NCBI GenBank assembly: GCA_049967655.1
Contig: JBMFSH010000009.1
Location: 37,374 to 101,373 of the forward strand
Direction of reading: 5' to 3'
Length of the DNA: 64,000 nt
From: Acidobacteriota bacterium
Lineage (GTDB): Bacteria > Acidobacteriota > UBA4820 > DSQY01
The notes under the pieces are model-generated. The model was given only the letters and a program-made list of their open reading frames with translations. It searched no databases and was not told the DNA's origin. Below are positions 50,307 to 59,701 of this stretch, in pieces (position 1 is the stretch's first letter; each line of letters starts with the position of its first letter). A program made the translations under genes and the position numbers.

Positions 50307-51457
50307 TACTTGACAAAAGAGGGGGGCATGCCTGCCTGTCCCGGCGTCTCGACGGCTTCCATCTGCTCCCTGGCCATGTCCGCCGTGGAGTGGACGCCGG
50401 CGATCTTCAGCCGGAAGTCGTCGGGGTTCGTGGCCCTTCGCAGCGCCTCCTCCAGGGTGATGTGGCCGTTCTTGAAAAGGAAGAGGAGGGACTGGTCGAA
50501 GGTCTGCATGCCGTACTGGCTGAAGCCCTGCTCGATGTAATCCCGGATGAGCTTGGTCTTCTCCTTGTTTTCGACGCAGTCCCGGATGGTGGCCGTGGCG
50601 ATCATCACCTCCACCGCCGGCACGCGTCCCTTGCCGTCGGCCTTCGGCAGCAGGCGGAGAGAAACCACGGCCCTCAGGACCGCCGCGAGCTGGAGCCGGA
50701 CCTGCTTCTGCTGGTGCGGAGGGAAGACGGAGATGATGCGGGTGATGGTCTCGGTGGCGTCCAGCGTGTGGAGGGTGGAGAGGACCAGGTGGCCCGTCTC
50801 GGCGGCCAGGAGGGCCGTTTCGATGGTCTCGTAGTCCCGCATTTCCCCCACGAGGATGACGTCGGGGTCCTCGCGGAGGGCCGAACGTAGGGCCGCCGCA
50901 AAGTTGCGCGTGTCGATCCCCACCTCCCGCTGGTTCACGATGGATTTCTTGTCGCGGTGCAGGAACTCGATGGGGTCTTCAACCGTGATGATGTGCTCGG
51001 TCCGCGTGGCGTTGATCTGGTCGATCATGGCCGCGAGGGTGGTGGACTTACCCGAGCCCGTGGTCCCGGTGCAGAGCACCAGGCCCCGGGGCTCGGATGC
51101 GATCTTTTCGAGGACGGGCGGCAGCATCAGGTCCCGGATCGTCTTGATGCCGATGGGGATGACGCGGCAGACGATGCCCACCGTGCCGCGCTGCTGGAAG
51201 ATGTTCACGCGGAAGCGCCCGAGGCCCGGCACCGAATAGGCTATATCCAGGTCCAGGTTGGTCTTGAACTTCTCCTTCTGCTTCGCGTCCATGATGGAGA
51301 AGGCCATGGCGATGGTGTCTTCCTGCATGAGGCGCTTCTGTTCCGGCAGGGAGCGGAGCTGGCCGTCCACTCGGATCACCGGGTGCGAGCCGACCTTGAG
51401 GTGCAGGTCGCTCGCCCCCTGGTCGATGGCCACCTTCAAAAGGTCGTTGATGTGCAT
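50303..51457 (-). CDS. pilT: Type IV pilus retraction ATPase
   Basis: ASDLHL, GTTGSGKSTT, TVEDPIE, ALREDPDVILVGEMRD, GMQTFDQ. Confidence 0.95.
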   Translation of the reverse strand: MHINDLLKVAIDQGASDLHLKVGSHPVIRVDGQLRSLPEQKRLMQEDTIAMAFSIMDAKQKEKFKTNLDLDIAYSVPGLGRFRVNIFQQRGTVGIVCRVIPIGIKTIRDLMLPPVLEKIASEPRGLVLCTGTTGSGKSTTLAAMIDQINATRTEHIITVEDPIEFLHRDKKSIVNQREVGIDTRNFAAALRSALREDPDVILVGEMRDYETIETALLAAETGHLVLSTLHTLDATETITRIISVFPPHQQKQVRLQLAAVLRAVVSLRLLPKADGKGRVPAVEVMIATATIRDCVENKEKTKLIRDYIEQGFSQYGMQTFDQSLLFLFKNGHITLEEALRRATNPDDFRLKIAGVHSTADMAREQMEAVETPGQAGMPPSFVKY

Positions 51458-51565
51458 GACGCGCCCTCCTCCCTGACTCCCCGGCCAGGGCCATGCCGCA
51501 GGCTCCCGTCGGCCGACTCTCGGAGTGCCGCCCCTATCCTGCCGGCTCCGCCGCCGGCCCGGGCC

Positions 51566-52495
51566 TCAGCTCCTTACAGGCGTAAGCCAGTTGTAGATAT
51601 CTTCGGCCTGTCCCGTCACGATTTCAAGGTAGCGCTTCTGGACGGCCTCGGTGACCGGCCCCCGGCGGCCGGAGCCCACGGGGAGGCGGTCCACGGTGGC
51701 CACCGGCGTGATCTCGGCGGCCGTGCCGGCGAAGAAGATCTCGTCGGCGATGTAGAGCATCTCCCTCGGGATGGCCTGGTGGCGGATCTCCTTGTGCAGC
51801 TCCTTTTGAAGCAGGGTCAGGACGCCGTCCCTGGTGATTCCCGGTAGCACGGAGTGGTTGAGGGAGGGGGTGTACACCGTGCCATTGCGGATCACGAAGA
51901 TGTTTTCTCCCGACCCCTCGCTCACCGAGCCATTCACGTCCAGGGCGATGCCCTCCACGTAGCCCCCCATCAACGCCTCCATCTTGATGAGCTGGCTGTT
52001 CATGTAGTTGGCGGCGCACTTGGCCATGGCCGGGAGCGTGTTGGGCGCCATCCTCGACCAGGTGGAGACGCACACGTCCACCCCCTTGGCCAGGGCCTCG
52101 GGCCCCAGGTAGGCCCCCCAGTCCCAGACCGCCACCGCTGTCTCCACCGGGCAACCGAAGGGGTTCACCCCCACGTCGCCGTACCCGCGGTACACGACGG
52201 GACGGATGTAGCAGGCCTCCATCTTGTTCCGCCGGATCACCTCAAGGCAGATCTCGCAGTAGTCGTCGATGCTGTAGGGAATCTCCATCCGATAGATCTT
52301 GGCCGAATCAAAGAGCCGCCGGATGTGGTCCCTCAGCCTCAGCACCTGCGAGCCCTTCGGGGTCTTGTAGCAGCGGATCCCCTCGAACACGCTGGTTCCG
52401 TAATGAATCACGTGGGAGAGCACGTGAATCTTGGCCTCTTTCCAGGGAACGAATTCCCCGTTCATCCAAATCCATTCAGTCGGTTGAACCGGCAT
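51566..52495 (-). CDS. ilvE: Branched-chain amino acid aminotransferase
   Basis: HYGTSVFEGIRCY, AKCAANY (PLP Lys), EGSGENIF, LPGITR, GTAAEI. Confidence 0.96.
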   Translation of the reverse strand: MPVQPTEWIWMNGEFVPWKEAKIHVLSHVIHYGTSVFEGIRCYKTPKGSQVLRLRDHIRRLFDSAKIYRMEIPYSIDDYCEICLEVIRRNKMEACYIRPVVYRGYGDVGVNPFGCPVETAVAVWDWGAYLGPEALAKGVDVCVSTWSRMAPNTLPAMAKCAANYMNSQLIKMEALMGGYVEGIALDVNGSVSEGSGENIFVIRNGTVYTPSLNHSVLPGITRDGVLTLLQKELHKEIRHQAIPREMLYIADEIFFAGTAAEITPVATVDRLPVGSGRRGPVTEAVQKRYLEIVTGQAEDIYNWLTPVRS

Positions 52496-52795
52496 CAGTA
52501 CCCCCTCTGCTAAGTGAGCAGTATACCGACCGCAAAAGTTGGGGTCAATTCCAGGCTAAGCAAGCACTTGCGCGAAAGCAGGCGGGTCGGCAGGCCTCCG
52601 TGAGAGCGCCTGCTCGTCCCCGGCGAAGAGGCCCGGCCGGCCTGCGTCGCGCGGGGGCGCGCTCCCTGACGGGGGCGTCAGCTCGCCCCCTTCAGCGGCC
52701 GCTTCGCGGCCTGCTTCCCCCTGCCCTTTCGCGGGACGTCCTTCGCCGTGGGGGAACCTCCCCGTTCCCCCACACCCCTTCGACACGCCACCGCC

Positions 52796-54157
52796 TCACG
52801 GCGATAGGTAGGAGTGGACGCGCTCGGCGACGGCGGTGGCGTTTTGGATGCAGTTGCCGACGGAGACGCCGTGGAGCAGATTGCCCGAGAGGTAGAGCCC
52901 GGGGACGGCCTGCTCGAACCGCGCCGCTGCCTCCTTGAGGGCGCCGTGGCCCAGGTTGTACTGGGGGATGGCGGGGCGCCAGGCCTCCACGCGGGTCACC
53001 ACGGGCCGGCCCCCGAGGCCGAGGAGGGGCGTGAGGTCTGCGAGGACCTTCTCTAGAAGCGGTCCCTCGCCCTCGGAGGCGCGCTCCGGGTGAACGGCTC
53101 CGCCCACGAAGGCGGAGAGGGCCACGTGGCCTTCGGGAGCGCGTCCCGGGAAGAGGCTCGAAGAGAACAGGCAACCGAGGACGAAGCGGCGCTCCACCTC
53201 CGGGGCGAGGAAGCCGAACCCATCGAGGGGATGGTCCACGTCCTCCCTGCGAAAGCCCATGCAGACGAGGGCCACGTCGGCGTAAGGCAGATCCAGGACA
53301 AGGCGCGGGAACTCCCTGTCCAGCGGATTGAGCGCGAGGGCCGCGGCCTTGGCGGGCAGGGCGCACACCACGGCGCGGGCCTCCACGGTAAGGCTGGAGC
53401 CGTTCCTCTCCGCGGCGGTCACGAGGAAGGTGTCCCCCTTCCTCTCCACGGCGGCCACGGCGGTGTTCGTGAGGAAGCTTTCGCCCAGTCCCTGGGCCAG
53501 GCTTTCGGGCAGGAAGGCCAGCCCTCTGGGGAAGGAGAACAGGCCGCCCGCGGGCGCCGGCCCCTTCCGCTTGCGCACGGCCCCCTTGATGAGGCTCCCG
53601 TAGTCCCTCTCCAGGGCGTAGATCTTGCCCGTCGCGTGTCGGATGGAGAGGCGTTCGGGATCGCCCGCGTAGACGCCCGAGACGAACGGGCCCACGGCGT
53701 AGTCCAGCATCTCCTGCCCCAGCCGTCGCCTCACGAAACGGGCGATGGACTCCTCGTCCTCGGGCGGGGCGGGGGGGATGAAGGGCTCCCTGAGCAGTCG
53801 CAGCTTGGCCCGCCACGAGAAGAGGCTCGTGCCGAGGAAGCCGAGGGGTCCCCCGGGGAGGGCCACCAGCTTCCCCCCTCTGACGATGAACCGCCGCTTG
53901 GCCGCCGGCGCGGCCGTCAGCCGCTGTCCGAGGATGCCCGCGGCCTCGCAGAGCCCGTCGATTTCGAAGGCGTTGTTCAGGACGGTGTTGGGACCCAGCT
54001 CGAAAAGGAAGCCGTCCCTGGCCCACGTGGTGATGCACCCCCCGGCCCGCTCCGAACGCTCCAGCACCGCGACCCGGTACCCCTTCCGATGGAGCAGAAA
54101 ACCGGCGCTGAGACCGCTGATGCCGCCACCCAACACCGCCACGTCAACGACGCCCAC
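52796..54157 (-). CDS. hemY: HemY-type FAD-dependent protoporphyrinogen oxidase
   Basis: GGGISGL, FELGPN, SGVYAGD, GFGFL, AIPQY. Last gene of the hem operon. Confidence 0.93.
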   Translation of the reverse strand: MGVVDVAVLGGGISGLSAGFLLHRKGYRVAVLERSERAGGCITTWARDGFLFELGPNTVLNNAFEIDGLCEAAGILGQRLTAAPAAKRRFIVRGGKLVALPGGPLGFLGTSLFSWRAKLRLLREPFIPPAPPEDEESIARFVRRRLGQEMLDYAVGPFVSGVYAGDPERLSIRHATGKIYALERDYGSLIKGAVRKRKGPAPAGGLFSFPRGLAFLPESLAQGLGESFLTNTAVAAVERKGDTFLVTAAERNGSSLTVEARAVVCALPAKAAALALNPLDREFPRLVLDLPYADVALVCMGFRREDVDHPLDGFGFLAPEVERRFVLGCLFSSSLFPGRAPEGHVALSAFVGGAVHPERASEGEGPLLEKVLADLTPLLGLGGRPVVTRVEAWRPAIPQYNLGHGALKEAAARFEQAVPGLYLSGNLLHGVSVGNCIQNATAVAERVHSYLSP

Positions 54158-54227
54158 GAGACCACCACCTTTCCGTCAGAAAAGACTGATCCTCCCGCCT
54201 CCGGACCATCTCTTTCTCGGTCCGCAG

Positions 54228-54250
54228 CGCGCTCTAGAAAGCGCTCCTAC
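54228..54250 (-). repeat. GTAG-type REP copy
   Basis: CGCGCTCTAGAAAGCGCTCCTAC, 21/23 identical to the copy at 31058. Confidence 0.7.
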
Positions 54251-54256
54251 CGGGGC

Positions 54257-55363
54257 TCACGGCGATGACCCGGGCGACTGGGCCGCCCTGCGGACCCGCC
54301 CGGCCAGCCCCTCCATGAAGGCGGGGTCCGTGCCGAGGGTCGGCAGCCGGTCCACGGTCATACCCAGCTTTCTGGCCATGCCCCCGTAGAGAACGTCCAA
54401 TTCGTAAAGCGTTTCGCTGTGCTCGTTGACGAAGGCCACGGGCACGAGCACGATGTGGCGGACCTTCTCCTCCGCCCAGTGCTCCAGAACCTTCTCCACG
54501 GAGGGCTCCAGCCACTTCATGGGGCCCACCTTGCTCTGCCAGGCCAGGGCAGCGGACAGTTGAGCGCCCCTCCTCGGAGGAAAGCTCCGCGGAGTCACGC
54601 CAGGCAGGTCGATGGGCTCCAGCGCGAGGCCCACCCTCTGGCTCACGGCAAGCACCGTATCGAGTACTTGGCCCGGGTAGGGATCCCTCGCCGCCACGGA
54701 GACGGGAAGGCCGTGCGAGGAGAAGAGGACGCGGGTGCCGTCGGGCGAGCGCGAGAGGGCCTCCCGCACCCGGTCCGAGAGGCTCCCCAGGTAGCCCTCC
54801 TCCTCCCAGAAGGAGCGCACATCCAGGATCTCCCCGCCGTAATGGAGCCTCTTCAAGGCTCGCCGGGCCTCATGGATGGAGGAAATGGTGGTGGTGACGG
54901 ACTCGTGGGGGTAGATGGGAAGGAGCACGATCCTCGCAAACCCTGACGCCTTGATCTCCCGGCAGACCTCCGCGATGTAGGGCTTCCAGTAACGCATCCC
55001 GACGAAACAGCAAAATCCTTCGCCGAGGGCGCCCTCCAGAGCCTTCGCCTGAGCCGTCGTCTCCTCCAGAGTGGGGCTGAACTGGCCCATGGCCTCGTAG
55101 TTCCTGGCGAGGACGGGGGCTCTGCGGCGGGAGACGAGGGAGGCCACGAGCGGTCTGACCAGCCCGGGAATGGGGATGAGATCCGGGTCCATGAAGATGT
55201 TGCGCAGGTAGGGCCGGCAGTCCTCAGCCCGCGTGGGCCCGCCGTAGTTCATCAGCAGGACCGCGGTGGGGAAGGCTTTCGAAGGATCGGGATGAGGAGA
55301 TGGGGAGATGGGGAGATGGGGGGAATCGGCCTCGGCCACACGAGGTTTCTCGTCACGCTTCAT
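54257..55363 (-). CDS. hemH: Ferrochelatase
   Basis: LLMNYGGP, GMRYWKP, LFSSHGLP, DPY, WQSKVGP..WLEP, EHSETLYE. Start uncertain (55423, 55363 or 55339). Confidence 0.93.
   Translation of the reverse strand: MKRDEKPRVAEADSPHLPISPSPHPDPSKAFPTAVLLMNYGGPTRAEDCRPYLRNIFMDPDLIPIPGLVRPLVASLVSRRRAPVLARNYEAMGQFSPTLEETTAQAKALEGALGEGFCCFVGMRYWKPYIAEVCREIKASGFARIVLLPIYPHESVTTTISSIHEARRALKRLHYGGEILDVRSFWEEEGYLGSLSDRVREALSRSPDGTRVLFSSHGLPVSVAARDPYPGQVLDTVLAVSQRVGLALEPIDLPGVTPRSFPPRRGAQLSAALAWQSKVGPMKWLEPSVEKVLEHWAEEKVRHIVLVPVAFVNEHSETLYELDVLYGGMARKLGMTVDRLPTLGTDPAFMEGLAGRVRRAAQSPGSSP
55291..55322. repeat. Octamer tandem repeat (GATGGGGA) x4 within the hemH 5' region
   Basis: Units: gatgagga gatgggga gatgggga gatggggg. 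Two more units at 55387-55402. Confidence 0.8.
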
Positions 55364-55436
55364 CCCGGCGCTCCCGGAAGGTTCGAGATGGGGAGATGAG
55401 GGCAAATTCCCCGCGTGCGCCATCCCGGCATCCCGC

Positions 55437-56831
55437 TCACACCGTCCTCGAAAACCGTTTGGCCTCGCCCGCCCTGCGCAGGTAGGCGTCGAAGGGCATG
55501 GCGATGTTGCGCACGAGGAGACGGCCCAGGGGGCAGACCTCGATCCGATCCGGGTAGAGGGAGACGAGGCCGTCCGCCTCCATGGGCTTGAGCTCCTCGA
55601 GGGCATCGGCAAAGGTTTCGTCGAAGCGGATTCCATAGAGCTCTTCGATCTCGGCCTTGTAGAGCACGAAGTGGCACATGAGCCGGGTGATGACATCGCG
55701 CCGCATGACGTCGTCGTCCGTCAGGAGCACTCCCCGAAAGACGGCGAGCCCCCGCTCCCGGATGCGCCGCTGGTAGTCGCCCAGCTCCTTGGCGTTCTGG
55801 GCGTAGCAGCGGCCCACCTGGCCGATGGAGGTCACGCCGATCCCGTAGAGGTCGCAGCCGGCCTTCGTGGTGTAGCCCTGGAAGTTCCGGTAGAGCGTAC
55901 GATTTCGAAGCGCTACGCAGAGCTCGTCGGTAGGCCGGGCGAAGTGGTCCATCCCGATGTAGGCGTAGCCGCCGGTGGTAAACCGTTCCACCACCATCTC
56001 CAGGATGGAGAGCTTCTCCGATGGGGAGGGGAGGGCCTCCTTCGGGATCGCCTTCTGGTGGCCGATCATCTCCGGCAGGTAGGCGAAGTTGAAGACGGCG
56101 ATGCGGTCCGGTCCCATGGCGGTGATCTTCTCCACCGTGTCCCTGAAGCGCTCCCGGCTCTGGTAGGGAAGGCCGTAGATGAGGTCCACGTTGATGGACT
56201 CCATGCCCAGGGCCCTGCACCGGTCGAAGACGCGGCGCGTGAGCTCCTCGGGCTGGATGCGATGGACCGCCCTTTGAACCTGAGGGTCGAAGTCCTGGAT
56301 CCCCATCGAAATGCGGTTGAAGCCGGCCTGGGCGAACAGGGCGAGATGCTCCTCGCTCACCTCTCGGGGATCGATCTCCACACCGATCTCCGCGTCCGGC
56401 GCCAGCTCAAAGCGGGCCTTGATGCCAGCCCACAATCGCTCGAGCACTTTCGCCGGGATGAACGTGGGCGTCCCACCTCCCCAATGGAGCTGGACGACCC
56501 TCCGGCCCGGTTTCATACGGCTGGCCAGGGTGTCCATCTCCCTCAGCACGTGGTCCACGTAGAGGTCGCCGAGGGTGCGGTCCTTCGTGAAGGTGACGTT
56601 GCAGCCGCAGAAGTAGCAGACGGACTGGCAGAAGGGAAGGTGGAAGTAGAGCGAGAGCGGCGGGGGAGCGGCCTCGCGGTTGGTCTCCTCGATGACGCGC
56701 TCGTAGGCCTGCCCGTCGAACCCCTCGTGGAAATAGGGCGCCGTGGGGTAGGAGGTATACCGGGGCCCAGGCTTGTCATACTTGAGGATGATCTCCTTGT
56801 GGAAGACGGGCGGATCCCAGCGCTCGGACAT
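55437..56831 (-). CDS. hemN: Oxygen-independent coproporphyrinogen III oxidase
   Basis: GPRYTSYPTA, HLPFCQSVCYFCGC, WGGGTPT, RNFQGY, RFSRTV. Confidence 0.97.
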   Translation of the reverse strand: MSERWDPPVFHKEIILKYDKPGPRYTSYPTAPYFHEGFDGQAYERVIEETNREAAPPPLSLYFHLPFCQSVCYFCGCNVTFTKDRTLGDLYVDHVLREMDTLASRMKPGRRVVQLHWGGGTPTFIPAKVLERLWAGIKARFELAPDAEIGVEIDPREVSEEHLALFAQAGFNRISMGIQDFDPQVQRAVHRIQPEELTRRVFDRCRALGMESINVDLIYGLPYQSRERFRDTVEKITAMGPDRIAVFNFAYLPEMIGHQKAIPKEALPSPSEKLSILEMVVERFTTGGYAYIGMDHFARPTDELCVALRNRTLYRNFQGYTTKAGCDLYGIGVTSIGQVGRCYAQNAKELGDYQRRIRERGLAVFRGVLLTDDDVMRRDVITRLMCHFVLYKAEIEELYGIRFDETFADALEELKPMEADGLVSLYPDRIEVCPLGRLLVRNIAMPFDAYLRRAGEAKRFSRTV

Positions 56832-56963
56832 CTCGAACTCCTCAGGCAAACGATCCAAAAACACGGCACGAAGAAGCGTCTGCGGGAAGAAAAACCCGGG
56901 CTTTTTCTCCATAGGGAGGTTCCCTGCCCCATCTCGCTGTCGTCGCGCCGCCGTGGTGACTCT

Positions 56964-57995
56964 TCAAATTTCTCTTCTCCCGAGCCTGTGGACCACCTCC
57001 ACCAGCCCTACGGCCGACTCCACCGGCGTATCGGGCTGGATGCCGTGACCCAGGTTGAAGACGTGTCCCACCGCCGGAGCCTCGGCGAGGACCCGGGCCG
57101 CTTCGCGCTCCAAGATCTTCGGCGGGGCGTAGAGGGCCATGGGATCGAGGTTGCCCTGGAGGGCCGTCGCTCCGCGCGTTCGCTGGGCCGCCTCGCCGAG
57201 GGAGACGCGCCAGTCCACCGAGATCACATCAACGCCCGTGCCGGCCATCTCTTCCAGAAAGGGCGCCGAGCCGTTCACGTACAGGATCAGCGGGACGCCC
57301 AGCCCCTTGAGGGCCGCCGCGATGCGCGCCGCAGCCGGAGCGGCCACCTCGCGATACTGCCGCCGCGAGAGGACCCCGGCCCAGGTGTCGAAGAGCTGGA
57401 GCGCCTGGGCGCCGGCCTCCACCTGCGCCTTGAGGTAGAGAATCACCGTCTCCGTGAGCAGGTCCAGCAGGCGGCCCAGCCCCGCCGGGTCCTCGTAGAG
57501 CCAGCCGAGCACGTGCCGGAAATTGCGCGAAGTCCCCCCCTCTACCATATAGCTCGCCAGCGTGAAGGGCGCGCCCGAAAAGCCGATGAGGGGTATTCCC
57601 GGTGGCAGCGCCCGCCGGATGGCCCGCACGGCGTCCATGACGAAGCCCGTCTCGGCCACCGGGTCGGGCACGTGCAGACGGGCCAGGTCGGCCTGGCTGC
57701 GCACCGGTTCGAGCTGGGGGCCCTCGCCTTCGGTGAAGCGCAGCCCCATCCCCATGGCCTCGACGGGGATGAGGATGTCCGAAAAGAGGATGGCCGCGTC
57801 CACGCCGAGTCGCTGCACGGGCTGGAGCGCCACCTCGCAGGCCAGGTCGGGGGTTTTGCAGAGGGTGAGGAAATCCCCTGCCTTCGCCCTGGTTGAGCGG
57901 TACTCGGGCAAATAGCGTCCCGCCTGGCGCATGATCCAGATGGGGGTGGTGTCCACCGGCTGCTGCCGGCATGCGTTCAGAAATCGGCTGTTCAC
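56964..57995 (-). CDS. hemE: Uroporphyrinogen decarboxylase
   Basis: PIWIMRQAGRYLPEY, DAAILFSDIL, QGNLDP, FNLGHGI. GTG start after AGGAGG. Confidence 0.97.
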   Translation of the reverse strand: MNSRFLNACRQQPVDTTPIWIMRQAGRYLPEYRSTRAKAGDFLTLCKTPDLACEVALQPVQRLGVDAAILFSDILIPVEAMGMGLRFTEGEGPQLEPVRSQADLARLHVPDPVAETGFVMDAVRAIRRALPPGIPLIGFSGAPFTLASYMVEGGTSRNFRHVLGWLYEDPAGLGRLLDLLTETVILYLKAQVEAGAQALQLFDTWAGVLSRRQYREVAAPAAARIAAALKGLGVPLILYVNGSAPFLEEMAGTGVDVISVDWRVSLGEAAQRTRGATALQGNLDPMALYAPPKILEREAARVLAEAPAVGHVFNLGHGIQPDTPVESAVGLVEVVHRLGRREI

Positions 57996-58086
57996 GATGG
58001 CACCTGCCTCCCTCCTGGGGCCCGCGGCCCTCCGCGTGGTCCGAACGTCGCTTCCGGTGCTATATTCTATCAAAAGGGAGGCTCAC

Positions 58087-58548
58087 ATGTTCCAGTGGAA
58101 GAAGATACTGTGCCCCGTCGATTTCTCCGAGGTGTCCCGGGGAGCCCTTCGCCTGGCATGCGACCTGACCAAGGCCTGCGGCGGGAGGCTCGTGCTCCTG
58201 TATGTCGTGGAGCCCATCATCGCCCCCGCCGACTTCACCCTGGGCCCCGTGAATGCGGGCGAGCTGGAGGACCAGCTCGTGGAGCGTTCCCGGAAGGCTC
58301 TAACCGAGCTGGCCGGCACCCTCGACCTGCCGGCCGACGCCGTCGAGGTGAAGGTGGAGCGTGGCCGCGCCTCGCTGGAGGTGTGCAGGGTCGCCGAGGA
58401 GACCAGGGCGGACGCCATCGTCATCGGCACGCACGGCTACACGGGTATGGCGCACGTCCTGCTGGGCTCCACCGCCGAGCGGGTGATCCGCAAGGCCCCC
58501 TGCCCCGTGGTGACGGTACGCGCCCAGGAGGCCGTGAGGGAAAAGTGA
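58087..58548 (+). CDS. Universal stress protein
   Basis: KKILCPVDFS, IVIGTHG, LLGSTAERVIRKAPCPV. Confidence 0.95.
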   Translation: MFQWKKILCPVDFSEVSRGALRLACDLTKACGGRLVLLYVVEPIIAPADFTLGPVNAGELEDQLVERSRKALTELAGTLDLPADAVEVKVERGRASLEVCRVAEETRADAIVIGTHGYTGMAHVLLGSTAERVIRKAPCPVVTVRAQEAVREK

Positions 58549-58734
58549 GGGGCGCCGCGGCGAATGAAACCCATCCTCAAGGGCCACGGAGAGCGCCGGG
58601 AGCCTATCTCGTGAGCCCCTCCCCGCGATCCGGCAACCTGCGGGTTCCCTGCTGATCCAGCCGCCCTTCTGGCCGTCCAGAACGGGGGGTGAGCGCAAGG
58701 GGTGATTTTTTAAGTAAAAAGTGCTATATTTAGG

Positions 58735-58820
58735 GTGCTCGGCGGCTCTCTCAACGTACTGCCGAGTATTCGTTGGACGGCCCGGAATACCCCCCCATTC
58801 CGGCCGTCCATCTCTTTTTA
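58735..58820 (+). ncRNA. Candidate small RNA with two hairpins
   Basis: Extended -10 TGCTATATT at 58722-58730, hairpins at 58736-58768 and 58774-58810, then TCTCTTTTT. Confidence 0.4.
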
Positions 58821-58833
58821 TGGGGCCTATTGT

Positions 58834-59685
58834 TCAAGGTCTCCCCGGGAGCCGGGTACCGGCGAGCGGTCCGATCCCCTTCTTTCGCTCTTCACCATTC
58901 AGCGATCCCCAACCAAACAGGCGGGCGGCATTGTCCGAGGTGAGGCGGGCGAACTCCCATAGGTCCCGTCCCAGGTGTCCCGCCAAGTGGCGCCCCACGT
59001 CAGCCACGTGGGCCGGCTCGCAGCGCTTGCCCCGGTATGGAACGGGCGCCAGGTAGGGGGCATCGGTTTCCACGAGCATCCTGTCGGAGGGGGTCAGAGC
59101 GGCCGCCTCCCGAATTTCGGGGGCCTTGGGGAAGGTGGCGATGCCCGAGAAGGAGAGGTGCAGGCCTATATCCAGAAGGATCTCCGCCTCCCTCGGGCCG
59201 TACGTAAAGCAGTGGATGACCCCGGCCAGGGCGGCGCCCGCTCCCCTGAGGACAGCCACCGTGTCCTCGAAGGCCTTGCGGGAGTGGACCACCACCGGCA
59301 GACCTCTCTCCATCGCCCGGGCCACCTGAGCCTCGAAGGCCGCGCGCTGGACGGCCCGGGGCGAAAGGTCGTAATGGTAATCCAGCCCGATCTCCCCCAC
59401 CGCCACCACCCACTGCCCGTTCAGAGCCTCGCCGAGAGCCCTCGCCACCGGTTCGCTCCATCGCGAAGCCTCGTGGGGATGGAGGCCGGCCGTGGCCCGG
59501 AGCCGCTTCCCGTCGGCCAGGGCCGCGCAGCCCGGCCAGTCCTCGGGCTTGGTGCCCACCGCCAGCATGCGCCCGACGCGGGCCCCCTCGGCGCGCTCCA
59601 GGACGGCGCTCCGGTCGGCGTCGAACTCCTCCATGGCGAGGTGGCAGTGGGAGTCGGTCCAGAAGGCAAGCCCTTGGTCCCTCAT
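58834..59685 (-). CDS. tatD: TatD-family hydrolase
   Basis: DSHCHL, GLHPH, VGEIGLDY, VVHSR, IHCF, ETDAPYLAP. Confidence 0.95.
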   Translation of the reverse strand: MRDQGLAFWTDSHCHLAMEEFDADRSAVLERAEGARVGRMLAVGTKPEDWPGCAALADGKRLRATAGLHPHEASRWSEPVARALGEALNGQWVVAVGEIGLDYHYDLSPRAVQRAAFEAQVARAMERGLPVVVHSRKAFEDTVAVLRGAGAALAGVIHCFTYGPREAEILLDIGLHLSFSGIATFPKAPEIREAAALTPSDRMLVETDAPYLAPVPYRGKRCEPAHVADVGRHLAGHLGRDLWEFARLTSDNAARLFGWGSLNGEERKKGIGPLAGTRLPGRP

Positions 59686-59701
59686 GCTTGTCTCCCTAAG
59701 G

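Noticed and set aside
52500..52795. GC-rich spacer upstream of ilvE as a possible riboswitch or attenuator
   Set aside because: No T-box, leader peptide or recognisable aptamer motif was found by eye. The pairing potential is explained by GC content.
55308..57896. 862-aa plus-strand ORF and similar long antisense ORFs (10069-11562, 27815-29989, 41357-43186, 2526-4109)
   Set aside because: They are shadows of well-supported genes on the opposite strand, expected in high-GC DNA, and carry no recognisable motifs.
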